Virus record (IMG/VR): IMGVR_UViG_3300044608_000911
Source: an uncultured virus (IMG/VR IMGVR_UViG_3300044608_000911)
Taxonomy: Duplodnaviria; Heunggongvirae; Uroviricota; Caudoviricetes
Length of the DNA: 64,000 nt
Direction: 5' to 3' (one strand)
The notes beneath the pieces were generated by a model, which saw nothing but the letters and a program-made list of their open reading frames with translations, searched no databases and was not told the DNA's origin. Both the position numbers and the translations under genes were made by a program. Shown here one piece after another: positions 17,903-27,015 of this stretch. Numbering within the stretch: the first letter of the stretch is position 1; each line of letters starts with the position of its first letter.

Positions 17903-17976
17903 CGCTTCAGGTTGGATTCGAACCAACGGCTAACCGCTTAGAAGGCGGATACTCTTGTCCACTGAGTTACTGAAGC
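17903..17976 (-). tRNA. tRNA-Arg(TCT)
   Basis: CCGC-CTTCTAA-GCGG anticodon arm; GGTTCGAATCC. Confidence 0.93.
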
Positions 17977-17988
17977 ATGTATGTGGAT

Positions 17989-18017
17989 ATTATACTACTG
18001 CTTTAGGCAGTCGTCAA
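17989..18017 (-). promoter_or_regulatory. sigma70-type promoter for tRNA cluster
   Basis: TTGACG-N17-TATAAT just upstream of tRNA-Arg. Confidence 0.75.
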
Positions 18018-18405
18018 GCCATGGAGCACAAAGTCTCATTTCACCACCTAATGATTTACAATCATCAGTATAGCACACCGTAGTGTCTATTGGTTTCTCG
18101 GAATATCTTGGAGGTAAGATCTCCACAGGTTTCCATCCTGTCTCTTTCTTAAATTTTTCTATAGCATCACCAACTGCTTTTTCGGCACGGCAAGCACGGA
18201 TCTCTTCAATTTCAAGTTTTACATCTTCAAGTATATCAATATTTAGTGGTCTTGTCAATTGATCTACAGCACACCACGCTTTTTCTTTTGGCAGATTTGT
18301 GAATGCTGCTATTCCAGATACAACAAAAAGAAGCACTCCAGATATTATCATCATATCTTTCATGCTAGTTTTTTTCTTTCCGATTTGGAAATTAAACTGA
18401 GGCAT
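17995..18405 (-). CDS. membrane-anchored Cys-containing hypothetical protein
   Basis: TM near N-terminus, CYTDDCKSLGGEMRLCAPW; ATG 18405 (or GTG 18429). Confidence 0.7.
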   Translation of the reverse strand: MPQFNFQIGKKKTSMKDMMIISGVLLFVVSGIAAFTNLPKEKAWCAVDQLTRPLNIDILEDVKLEIEEIRACRAEKAVGDAIEKFKKETGWKPVEILPPRYSEKPIDTTVCYTDDCKSLGGEMRLCAPWLDDCLKQ

Positions 18406-18449
18406 GGGGGGGGGGGGTGTGATCAGCACCCCCCTATTTATTCAGTTTG

Positions 18450-19091
18450 TCAAACTTCTACCGTGATCAGTCTGGAAGCATAATCATGGGCATATGATGT
18501 ACGAGCACCATGAATGCCCCAGCCAATCCAACTATACGCATAGTCCATGTAACGATTGATAGATTTACCAGGAGTTTTCATCCTGTTTTCAATTCGTTTC
18601 CATTGAACCTCAGTCGTTAGATAACGAAGTTGCGTAGGAAGTGTTGATGGAGAACCACCATACCTCTTAGCAAAATCACCCAATCCATGATAACGATCGG
18701 CAGATGTCCATTGGATCAGACCATAACCACCTAAACGGCAGCCATGATAACTGGTCCTGCTACCACCTTCGCAAATATTAGGCACGAATGTAGATTCTTG
18801 TCTAATATTACCTAGAATAGTAGCAAGGGCGTTTCTGTCTTTAATTCCAGCGTCCTGGAAATAATTGAGAGCAATGTTCTCGTTGTCAGAACACCCCTTA
18901 CAAATTAGCCTTTTCTCTTTTGGTTTTTCGGGAGCAACCGCTTTGGTCGCTGTCTTTGTTTCAAACTCCTTGATAATAGCAAATGGGGGAGGACCCTGAA
19001 CAGGAGGAGGTGGAAACACGGGCAGTGTTGCCGAGGTGGTTGTAACCGTTGCCAAAAGGGGCAGGGCTACAAGTGTAAAAGTGTTTGGCAT
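18450..19091 (-). CDS. exported lysozyme-fold cell-wall hydrolase (phage tail lysozyme-like)
   Basis: Signal-like N-terminus, ATILGNIRQES catalytic Glu helix, GYGLIQWT. Confidence 0.8.
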   Translation of the reverse strand: MPNTFTLVALPLLATVTTTSATLPVFPPPPVQGPPPFAIIKEFETKTATKAVAPEKPKEKRLICKGCSDNENIALNYFQDAGIKDRNALATILGNIRQESTFVPNICEGGSRTSYHGCRLGGYGLIQWTSADRYHGLGDFAKRYGGSPSTLPTQLRYLTTEVQWKRIENRMKTPGKSINRYMDYAYSWIGWGIHGARTSYAHDYASRLITVEV

Positions 19092-19247
19092 TAATAGTTA
19101 TTGAACTCTACATCCCAATAGAGAAAGCGCACTTCCCCTTTCTCAAGGGGCAATCTCCTGGGCACAAATTGTCACATCACCTTCTCATAATGTGAGACCC
19201 ACCTTTTTAGGGGTGGGTCTTCATGATATCACTTATTTAGCTGGGTG

Positions 19248-19922
19248 TCAACCCTTCTTCCAAGCATCACCTTCTGCTTTTCTTCTACGAGCAAGTCCTG
19301 CTTCTACATTAGATCCAGGATTTCTGTAGAGATAGAGAGCATCGGGCACTAGGTCCCACTCTTTATTCTTCAGGCGTTTAGTAATAGTATTAAAGTTATC
19401 GCCACCGTAGAAACCAGCGCCGAGATTATAAGCAAAGCTGAGCAGAGCGCCTCTTTTTCCATCTGACATTTCATTCCAATGTGGGATCTTACGAAGGGCA
19501 GGAAGAAACTGGTTCTTACACTGACTGATTAGCAGATCATCTGCTTCTTGTTGAGTGATTTGATCACCAAGTTTGAATGCTGAACCATCCTTCTTACGGG
19601 TAGATCCCCAACCAATAGTGATTGGCAGACCACCAGTTAGAGGATCTGGATATGCCTTGAGATGGCATCCTTCAAACTCTTTGATTAACTTAATGCCCAT
19701 CATAGGCATGTCATCGCCGCCCGCTACTGGAGCAGAAGCAGCTGGAGCAGCAGGGGCTGATCCAGCACTAGTCTTTTTTCCTCTGTAAATTTCCGCCCAA
19801 TCTACATTGTCCTCAAGGAACTTGACTGGGAGGTTATCTTCCAACCACTGAACTGCTTTCACATGGTTGGGGTTCTTCTCATCATAGAATTTGAAGAAAT
19901 TGTGTAAATCTACTCTTGCCAT
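19248..19922 (-). CDS. phage lysozyme (GH24 endolysin)
   Basis: IKEFEG...AYPD...TIGWG, ALLSFAYNLG, GLARRRKAE. Confidence 0.93.
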   Translation of the reverse strand: MARVDLHNFFKFYDEKNPNHVKAVQWLEDNLPVKFLEDNVDWAEIYRGKKTSAGSAPAAPAASAPVAGGDDMPMMGIKLIKEFEGCHLKAYPDPLTGGLPITIGWGSTRKKDGSAFKLGDQITQQEADDLLISQCKNQFLPALRKIPHWNEMSDGKRGALLSFAYNLGAGFYGGDNFNTITKRLKNKEWDLVPDALYLYRNPGSNVEAGLARRRKAEGDAWKKG

Positions 19923-19940
19923 TGTTGTTCTCCTTTATTA

Positions 19941-20612
19941 TCAGTCAAAAATACGACCCCAACCATCGTTGCCACCTGGGCACCAGCGATGCTTGAGAAC
20001 TGCTTTGGTGTAAATGGTCTTCTTACCATTTGTTACTGGACCAGTATAGTTATCGTTGAGAGAACCATATGGATCATTAACATAATATCCCTTGCCATCT
20101 GGTGTCTTACCAATCACTACACACATGTGCCCACCAGTAGGAGCAGATAAAGAACCCCTGTGGAGAATACCAATAACAACGGGTTTGCCTCTATCAAGGC
20201 TCTTATCAATGTCAGCAAAAGAAAGATTATAGCTAAAGTGTGACTTAATACCATAACCTGCGAGAACTTTCGTCTGTACGGCATGGTCAGTTGTGTCACC
20301 AATAGCAAACACTTTCTTGACATATTCATCATCGCCCTTGATACTGCCTGGCTTGAGGAAAGCAAGACACATAGCGCACGATGAACTGTTACAAGTTCTA
20401 TGTGCATCTCTGTAGTTATCTACTTGGTTAAAGTATGGAACATCGAGTACTGCTGGAGTGGGTGGTTTTGTTCTAAAAATACCAATCCAATCAGTCTCTG
20501 CGTCATCCATGAACTGTTCTGGTAGGTTATCTTCTAACCACTGAACTGCTGCCACATGGTTTGAATTACCATCATCATAATACTTGAAAAAGTTATGAAG
20601 ATCTAACGTCAT
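19941..20612 (-). CDS. C39-like cysteine peptidase
   Basis: LDVPYFNQ..RTCNSSSCAM..GHMCVVIG..VNDPYG. Confidence 0.88.
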   Translation of the reverse strand: MTLDLHNFFKYYDDGNSNHVAAVQWLEDNLPEQFMDDAETDWIGIFRTKPPTPAVLDVPYFNQVDNYRDAHRTCNSSSCAMCLAFLKPGSIKGDDEYVKKVFAIGDTTDHAVQTKVLAGYGIKSHFSYNLSFADIDKSLDRGKPVVIGILHRGSLSAPTGGHMCVVIGKTPDGKGYYVNDPYGSLNDNYTGPVTNGKKTIYTKAVLKHRWCPGGNDGWGRIFD

Positions 20613-20947
20613 TTTCTGTCTCCGAATAAACTAATGAAATACTCTGCGTCTATAACTGCCAATGGTTTTTTACCATTCTTTTTAATAACAACGAGAGGTT
20701 CATAGTCACCGCAGTTGGCCGATGCCTGCTCATAGGCATCCCAGATATTTAGCTTCTCCACATTTTTACACTCAATACTATGTGGAAATTTTGATCTGGC
20801 AGCACGAGCCATGATGAGATCCTCACCACCAGCACCCATAGATCTACTTTCAATATCTTCTGGATGAACTTCAAGCATCTCAATCAGTTTTTCTCTGACC
20901 CACTGTTGGAGACGACGACCTTTTGCTTTTGCTGACTGTACCTTCAT
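20609..20947 (-). CDS. Holliday-junction-resolvase-like PD-(D/E)xK endonuclease
   Basis: AKAKGR, GAGGEDL, SIECKN. Confidence 0.8.
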   Translation of the reverse strand: MKVQSAKAKGRRLQQWVREKLIEMLEVHPEDIESRSMGAGGEDLIMARAARSKFPHSIECKNVEKLNIWDAYEQASANCGDYEPLVVIKKNGKKPLAVIDAEYFISLFGDRK

Positions 20948-20978
20948 AATAAAAAACCTCCATCACGGAGGTATTTAT

Positions 20979-21101
20979 CTATTCAGTTGTACCAGGGGTC
21001 TGGAATTTTCGCTTGAGGGCGGCGAGTATCCACGCTTGAGATAGACTCTTCGGACCCTCCTTTAGAAGTTTCTCCAGTTTTTCTATCTCTCTTTTTCTCA
21101 C
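20979..21101 (-). CDS. small hypothetical protein (40 aa)
   Basis: Not in ORF track; MRKREIEKLEKLLKEGPKSLSQAWILAALKRK..., GTGA overlap with nrdB stop. Confidence 0.55.
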   Translation of the reverse strand: MRKREIEKLEKLLKEGPKSLSQAWILAALKRKFQTPGTTE

Positions 21102-22279
21102 AGTTTAAAACCAGCGAAAGTATCTTTCTTAACATCTTGTTTAATGCTCCCAATTAAATAACTCTCAACCTCCGTCTCTTGAGGAGCAACTTGCATTCCC
21201 TTAGAAGACAACCAATGTTCTGTCCATGGCAGAGGATTGTTTGTAATAGGAGTATCAAAGATTGCCTTGAGACCAATAGACTTGAGACGACGATTAGCAG
21301 TCCATTCAACATACTTAGCAAGTAGTTTATCATTTAGACCGATGATAGATCCATCCTTGAACAGATATTCTGCCCAGAGTTTCTCTTCATCAACACAATC
21401 ACGGAACATCTGATAGACGTTCTCTTCTTCTTCCTTGGCAATTTCCACCATGTCAGGATCATCACCCTCCTTCCATTTGTTTAGAATGTTCTGAGTGATT
21501 GTCATGTGTTGGCTTTCGTCTCTTGCGATAAGTCCGATGATTTTGGCACTTCCTTCCAAGAGTTTAAGTTCACCAAAAGCGAAAGAGCAGGCAAACGATA
21601 CGTAGAACCGAATTCCTTCGAGGATATATACGTTAGCAACCGCTCGATATAGTTTTCTTTTGAGGTCATACAATGTTTCTTTTGCTGCTGGTGTTCCTTC
21701 CAATTCATGCCGCCACTGGTTTCCTGCTCCCCATTCTGTTGCTGCTTGGAGGAATTCATCATATGAACGAGTTACAGAACGAGCACGTTGAAGGATCTTG
21801 TCATCCTCAAGGATTGTATCAAACACCTCAGACGGATCAGCATACACATTTTTTATAATATGTGTATAAGAACGACTATGGACCATCTCCATAGTCTGCC
21901 AGATATTCATAGCACCTTCTAGTTCAGGAAGGGAACAGTATGGCATGAAAGCCATACCAGGACCACGACCCTGAACACTATCGAGAAGGATTTGATACTT
22001 CAGATTAGAAGTAAAGATGTGCTTTTGTGCTGCGTTTAGAGTTTGATAATCAGCACGATCTTTCTGAAGGGAGACCTCTTCAGGTCTCCAAAAGTATCCA
22101 AGTTGTTGCTGTGTCAGTTTATCAAACACAGGATACTTAAACTTATCGTAACGTTGGACCCCAAGAGGGGGTCCAAAGAACATTTTTTGTTTAGTATTAT
22201 CTACTTTGTTAGTATTGAATACTGTCATTCCTTCTACGTTCATGTGATTATCGTTAGTTCTAAATCTTACAACTGTCAC
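21098..22279 (-). CDS. nrdB: ribonucleotide reductase class Ia beta subunit
   Basis: FWRPEE, LLDSVQGR, EMVHSRSY, EGIRFY, RDESQH, APQETE. Confidence 0.98.
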   Translation of the reverse strand: MTVVRFRTNDNHMNVEGMTVFNTNKVDNTKQKMFFGPPLGVQRYDKFKYPVFDKLTQQQLGYFWRPEEVSLQKDRADYQTLNAAQKHIFTSNLKYQILLDSVQGRGPGMAFMPYCSLPELEGAMNIWQTMEMVHSRSYTHIIKNVYADPSEVFDTILEDDKILQRARSVTRSYDEFLQAATEWGAGNQWRHELEGTPAAKETLYDLKRKLYRAVANVYILEGIRFYVSFACSFAFGELKLLEGSAKIIGLIARDESQHMTITQNILNKWKEGDDPDMVEIAKEEEENVYQMFRDCVDEEKLWAEYLFKDGSIIGLNDKLLAKYVEWTANRRLKSIGLKAIFDTPITNNPLPWTEHWLSSKGMQVAPQETEVESYLIGSIKQDVKKDTFAGFKL

Positions 22280-24572
22280 AGTCTTCTTCCTCCGTGCTGA
22301 AAATATCGTTGAGTAAATCTTCTATGCTTTTCTTTTGTTCTTGAGTAATTGGTTCGTCTTGTTTGATATCGTATGTATTCTGATAGTAAGATGTCTTCCA
22401 TCCGTACTTGTAAGTATTGAGGAAGTCTTGAGCCATCACCGACACAGGAACTTCATTATCGGCATAATTTTCTGGATTATACGACCAGTTTCCAGATATC
22501 GCTTGATCAAAGAACTTTTGCATAACAGCAACAATATTGATATAACCAGTATTGTCAGGCATATCCCAAAGAAGCGTATAGTTGTTCTTAAGAGTTTGAT
22601 ACTGGGGAACAACTTGCTTGAGAGGACCCTTCTTCGACTTCTTAACGGACAAGTAATCTCTAGGGGGTTCAATTCCGTTGGTTGCGTTTGACACAACGGA
22701 ACTGCTTTCCGATGGCATTTGTGCGGACAACGTTGAATGTCGTAGTCCAAATGTTTGTATCTCGGAACGTAGAGTTTCCCAATCATATTTCAACGTGGGG
22801 TCGCAGAGTTCATCAACATCTCGCTTGTAGGTATCAATTGGCAAGATGCCTTGAGAATACTTGGTTCGATTGAAGTATCCACAGGCGCCCTTCTCCTTAG
22901 CGATTGCGTTGGAAGACTTGAGGAGATAGTACTGGAAAGCTTCAGTAAGGTCATGGACGAGTTGCCAGGCTCGTGGATCATCATAGTGTTCTCCTTGCTT
23001 TGCGAGATAATGTGCTAGACCGATATAACCGATACCCAAAGAACGACGATTGAGAGTTGAAAGTCTTGCTGCCTTTACTGGATATTGCTGATAATCAATC
23101 AGTTCTTCCAATCCACGAACAGCAAGATCACAAAGTTCTTCAAGGTCATCCAGTTTATGTATCTTACCCACGTTGATAGCAGAAAGAATACACAGGGCAA
23201 TCTCACCTTCACCATCAATATGTTGGATAGGGTCTGTAGGAAGTGTGATCTCCTGACAGAGGTTTGACATATTTACTTTGTCAAGGAAGGAAGAGTGAGA
23301 GTTACAATGATCAATATTCATGATATAAACACGACCAGTCTCTGCTCGCTCCTTCAGGAGGTCCAGAATGAGTTCTTGAGCTCCAATAGTTTTTCGTGGA
23401 ACAGTTGTATCTCGTTCGTAATCCACATACAAATCGTCAAATCTATCAGTCCCAAAAGCATCATACAGACCAGGAACGTCGTGTGGTGAGAAGAGTGAGA
23501 TTTCTGCGTCTTGGATGAAACGTTCATAGAACAGTTTGCTAATTTGAATAGAGTAGTCTAACTTACGAACACGGTTATCTTCAGTTCCTTTATTATTCTT
23601 TAGTACTAGGATATCTTCTATTTCTCTGTGCCAGATTGGGAAATGTACTGTCGCGGATCCACCTCGTATGCCATTTTGCGTACAACATCTGACAGTCGCT
23701 TCAAACTTTTTGAGAAACGGTATAACGCCAGTATGCGTAACTTCTCCCCCTCTGATTTTACTGTTGATGCCACGGATGCGACCTGCGTTGATGCCGATAC
23801 CCGCCCTCTGTGAGACATATCTGCCAATAGCCATATCAGAGCTAAAGATACTATCGAGGGTGTCATCAACATCAACAAGAACACAACTAGCAAATTGTCT
23901 AAGTGGTGTTCGCACTCCTGCCATGATTGGCGTTGGGATGTTGATTTTGTGCTTTGAGATTGCGTTGTAGTATCTCCTGACATATTCTAGACGATCCTTT
24001 GTATAGTTTTGGAACAAGGTCGCAGCAATCATCATGTACATGTATTGTGGGGTTTCATAAACCGCACCTGTGCTCCTATCTTGTACTAGGTACTTATCAA
24101 CGATCTGACGAAGACCAGCATAAGTGAATAGAAAATCACGGTCATGATCAATAAAGCTGTCAATCTTGTCCCACTCTTCCTTAGTATATTTACCAAGAAC
24201 TTCTTTGTCATAGACACCGTTCGTGGCACACTTAAAAGCATGGTCCAGAACAGTAGGATGCCCATTCACCCAATCAGATCCAAACACCTGCTTGCGAAGT
24301 CCGAACAGCAGCAGGCGAGCAGCAACGAATTGATAGTTGGGGTTCTCCAGGCTGATAAGGTCGCTCGCAGAGCGCACCAGGATCTCCTGGATGTCCTTCG
24401 TCTCGATCCCGTCAAAGAACTGGAGACCCGAGTTCATCTCCACCTGAGAGGCGCTCACACCGCTCCCTAGACCCTCGCAAGCCTCCTCCACCATCTTGTG
24501 GATCTTATCGAGGTTGAGGGGTTCCACAGACCCGCTGCGCTTGCGAACTTTGATACCATGTCCGTTTGTCAT
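22260..24572 (-). CDS. nrdA: ribonucleotide reductase class Ia alpha subunit
   Basis: ATP cone, PTPIM, SCVL, SNLCQEI, GWKTSYY, C-terminal CDSCKI. Confidence 0.98.
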   Translation of the reverse strand: MTNGHGIKVRKRSGSVEPLNLDKIHKMVEEACEGLGSGVSASQVEMNSGLQFFDGIETKDIQEILVRSASDLISLENPNYQFVAARLLLFGLRKQVFGSDWVNGHPTVLDHAFKCATNGVYDKEVLGKYTKEEWDKIDSFIDHDRDFLFTYAGLRQIVDKYLVQDRSTGAVYETPQYMYMMIAATLFQNYTKDRLEYVRRYYNAISKHKINIPTPIMAGVRTPLRQFASCVLVDVDDTLDSIFSSDMAIGRYVSQRAGIGINAGRIRGINSKIRGGEVTHTGVIPFLKKFEATVRCCTQNGIRGGSATVHFPIWHREIEDILVLKNNKGTEDNRVRKLDYSIQISKLFYERFIQDAEISLFSPHDVPGLYDAFGTDRFDDLYVDYERDTTVPRKTIGAQELILDLLKERAETGRVYIMNIDHCNSHSSFLDKVNMSNLCQEITLPTDPIQHIDGEGEIALCILSAINVGKIHKLDDLEELCDLAVRGLEELIDYQQYPVKAARLSTLNRRSLGIGYIGLAHYLAKQGEHYDDPRAWQLVHDLTEAFQYYLLKSSNAIAKEKGACGYFNRTKYSQGILPIDTYKRDVDELCDPTLKYDWETLRSEIQTFGLRHSTLSAQMPSESSSVVSNATNGIEPPRDYLSVKKSKKGPLKQVVPQYQTLKNNYTLLWDMPDNTGYINIVAVMQKFFDQAISGNWSYNPENYADNEVPVSVMAQDFLNTYKYGWKTSYYQNTYDIKQDEPITQEQKKSIEDLLNDIFSTEEEDCDSCKI

Positions 24573-25570
24573 ACTTTCTTCCAATCGTTAAATTTAAGTT
24601 TTGCTTCTAAACCACTGTAGACATTACATTCTACCAGACTTTGAACATCATGTCCAGCAAGGAACATGTCGTTAATATCTTTCTCTTTGATTTTACTTGG
24701 CCACAATACTACCTTGTCTCCTCGGTCAATGACTTTGGAGATCCTGGCGACGATCTCTCTGTTACGTGGTTCATTATCAAAAATCCAAATATAATTGCTC
24801 CAACCAAACGTCCTAATATCAGCATCGGACCCAGCCATAGCAACAGAGTTTTTAATGAACGTCGCATCAAATGGTCCCTCTACAATATAAACTGGTTCGG
24901 TTGTATTAATTCTGTCTAATCCAAAGATCTTGGGTTGTTCCTCGTCCAGCATGATCGTAATGTATCTAATCTTTGCCTTTGGGGCTAGCGATCTGCCTTG
25001 GTATCCGAAAAGGTTGCCTTCTTTGTCTTTGAATGGAATGATAATCCTGGGACTATCTTGTTTAAGATTATCAAAGATTTTCTTTTGGTTGTTTGTCCAT
25101 TCTTTGAACTTTGGACAGTAATAAAAGTAATCTAGATCTTTGATGCCTCGTTGCTCAAGATATTCTCTCGCTGGGTGAGAAATATTTAGGTCTGATACTT
25201 TTTTAAGACCAATGGAATTTTCAGGTTTGCTGAAAAACTTTGGTTCCTGAAAATTGAAGACTGGGTTTGGAACTGTAGTCCCTTTGCCAGTTTTACCATC
25301 TTTAAATTTCTCCATGACATATTGATCATGAAGGAAAGTATCTTGGTCCTTGATGAAGTTCGCCAGGGTTCTACCCATGCCACAGTTGTGACACTTAAAC
25401 ACAAAGTCATTCTTTACCTTGAAGAGATATCCTCGTGCTTTGTTCCTACGCTTCTGACTATCTCCACAATATGGGCACCTGAAGTTATACAGGTCTGCCT
25501 TCTTGCGGGCAAAGAGAACTAGGCGCGAAGACACTAGTTGGATATATTTTACATCAATAAAAGAACTCAC
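24569..25570 (-). CDS. g61: DNA primase gp61
   Basis: CPYCGDS...CHNC zinc finger, VEGPFD, KDIND TOPRIM. Confidence 0.96.
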   Translation of the reverse strand: MSSFIDVKYIQLVSSRLVLFARKKADLYNFRCPYCGDSQKRRNKARGYLFKVKNDFVFKCHNCGMGRTLANFIKDQDTFLHDQYVMEKFKDGKTGKGTTVPNPVFNFQEPKFFSKPENSIGLKKVSDLNISHPAREYLEQRGIKDLDYFYYCPKFKEWTNNQKKIFDNLKQDSPRIIIPFKDKEGNLFGYQGRSLAPKAKIRYITIMLDEEQPKIFGLDRINTTEPVYIVEGPFDATFIKNSVAMAGSDADIRTFGWSNYIWIFDNEPRNREIVARISKVIDRGDKVVLWPSKIKEKDINDMFLAGHDVQSLVECNVYSGLEAKLKFNDWKKV

Positions 25571-25962
25571 TTAGTTTGTGCTGGCGTACCTCCACCTATG
25601 GTAGCACCGTTGTTCCCGACTGTCAAGATGTTTCCGAAGAACGTGGCAGAACCAATAATAAAGACTGCTGCGGTGCCAATACCAACAGAGATCCACCTAA
25701 ACGTGGCAAGATCATTTACTCTGTTTTCTACTTTCTCAATACGATCTTTGATATCTCTGATTAGTTCCATGATCGCATTATCATTTCGGTCATTCTGTTC
25801 TAGTCTATTCTCATGACGCTCTAGGATAAGAGCAACGTTCTGGTTGCTCTCACTAATTTTATCTACTGCTCTTTCAAGTTTGTCAAGCATCTCTTTGGAG
25901 AGATCTTCATATATTTGAAATTTTGCTTCTAATATTTCTAGATCTCTGCCAAATCCGAACAT
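25567..25962 (-). CDS. coiled-coil protein with C-terminal TM
   Basis: Heptad-rich N-terminus, WISVGIGTAAVFIIG. Confidence 0.75.
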   Translation of the reverse strand: MFGFGRDLEILEAKFQIYEDLSKEMLDKLERAVDKISESNQNVALILERHENRLEQNDRNDNAIMELIRDIKDRIEKVENRVNDLATFRWISVGIGTAAVFIIGSATFFGNILTVGNNGATIGGGTPAQTK

Positions 25963-25973
25963 GACTTCCTCTA

Positions 25974-26681
25974 TCAGACGTTACGAACTGCGAAGTTCAG
26001 TGCTGCCTGATAAGATGACGCATCTTTGTTTAGCAGATACTGGAACTGTTGCTTGTGCTCATCATCAAGTTGAGCATAACAAGCAGCGATGCGCTTTGCT
26101 GAGAAATTGTCTAGGTTCTGAACACCGCCGTCAGCAAATTGGATCTTTGCGAATGATGCTTCGCCGCTTGGGTTGAGTTCAGAAGTTGCTACATCGAGAG
26201 CAACTTGGATTACATCTTGTCCTTCCATCATAACATTACCTTCAAATTCAACTGAGTTTTTTTGAACTTTTTTCTGCTGCTCTGATGCCTTCTTTTTGAA
26301 GTCAGAGAGACGAGCTTTCATGAGAGTGTCCATCTCTCTTGTCTTGTTCATCATCTTCTCTTTCGCTTCCTTGCGCTTCTTCTGAAGATCTTTTGAGCGA
26401 TTGAGTTTTTTCTGTTGCTGGATTTGCTTCTGCGCCCTTTCAGTATCGGACACAAGCGCCTCATCAATTTGTGTTTCTAATTCTTCTTTCATTTTTCTGC
26501 GTTGGATACGATTGAAAAGAGCACGAGCACCTTTGGTGCGACCATCTACTTTCTCAGATTTTTTATACTTACGATTTTGTCTTGGATTTACCATAACAAA
26601 AGCGGGTGGTAGTGCTAGACCTTCACCAGATCCAGCAACATTCATCATTTCATTCATATTAGGTTCAGACTTTTCAGACAT
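25974..26681 (-). CDS. hypothetical protein
   Basis: ORF with KVDGRTK motif and charged helix. Confidence 0.7.
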   Translation of the reverse strand: MSEKSEPNMNEMMNVAGSGEGLALPPAFVMVNPRQNRKYKKSEKVDGRTKGARALFNRIQRRKMKEELETQIDEALVSDTERAQKQIQQQKKLNRSKDLQKKRKEAKEKMMNKTREMDTLMKARLSDFKKKASEQQKKVQKNSVEFEGNVMMEGQDVIQVALDVATSELNPSGEASFAKIQFADGGVQNLDNFSAKRIAACYAQLDDEHKQQFQYLLNKDASSYQAALNFAVRNV

Positions 26682-27010
26682 TCCTGGTCAAAATCCTTAG
26701 TAAGAGAAGATGGTAATCTATTTAGAAACAACATGAATGCCTTGATTTGAGGCCAGTAAGTTGCTTCAGTTTTATAAAAAAGCAGCGGTGTTGCTGCGTC
26801 ATCAAACACATTATAAAGTACAATCACATGATTTAGAATGAGATGGGTTTTCAATTCACCCGTCGTTTCGTATCTCTTGAGTAATCTTTTAATATATTTG
26901 AAGCGTTTTAAGTCTTCTTCAAAATCACTATAAGTTACTGACGACGGGTTGTTGTAGTTTTGAATGGCAAAGAATAACCAATTCTCATGGTTCAATTCAC
27001 TAATGTTCAT
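26654..27010 (-). CDS. conserved T4-like phage hypothetical protein
   Basis: YNNP..F.EDLKRFKYIKRL..LILNH..LYNVF. Confidence 0.8.
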   Translation of the reverse strand: MNISELNHENWLFFAIQNYNNPSSVTYSDFEEDLKRFKYIKRLLKRYETTGELKTHLILNHVIVLYNVFDDAATPLLFYKTEATYWPQIKAFMLFLNRLPSSLTKDFDQECLKSLNLI

Positions 27011-27015
27011 TTAGA

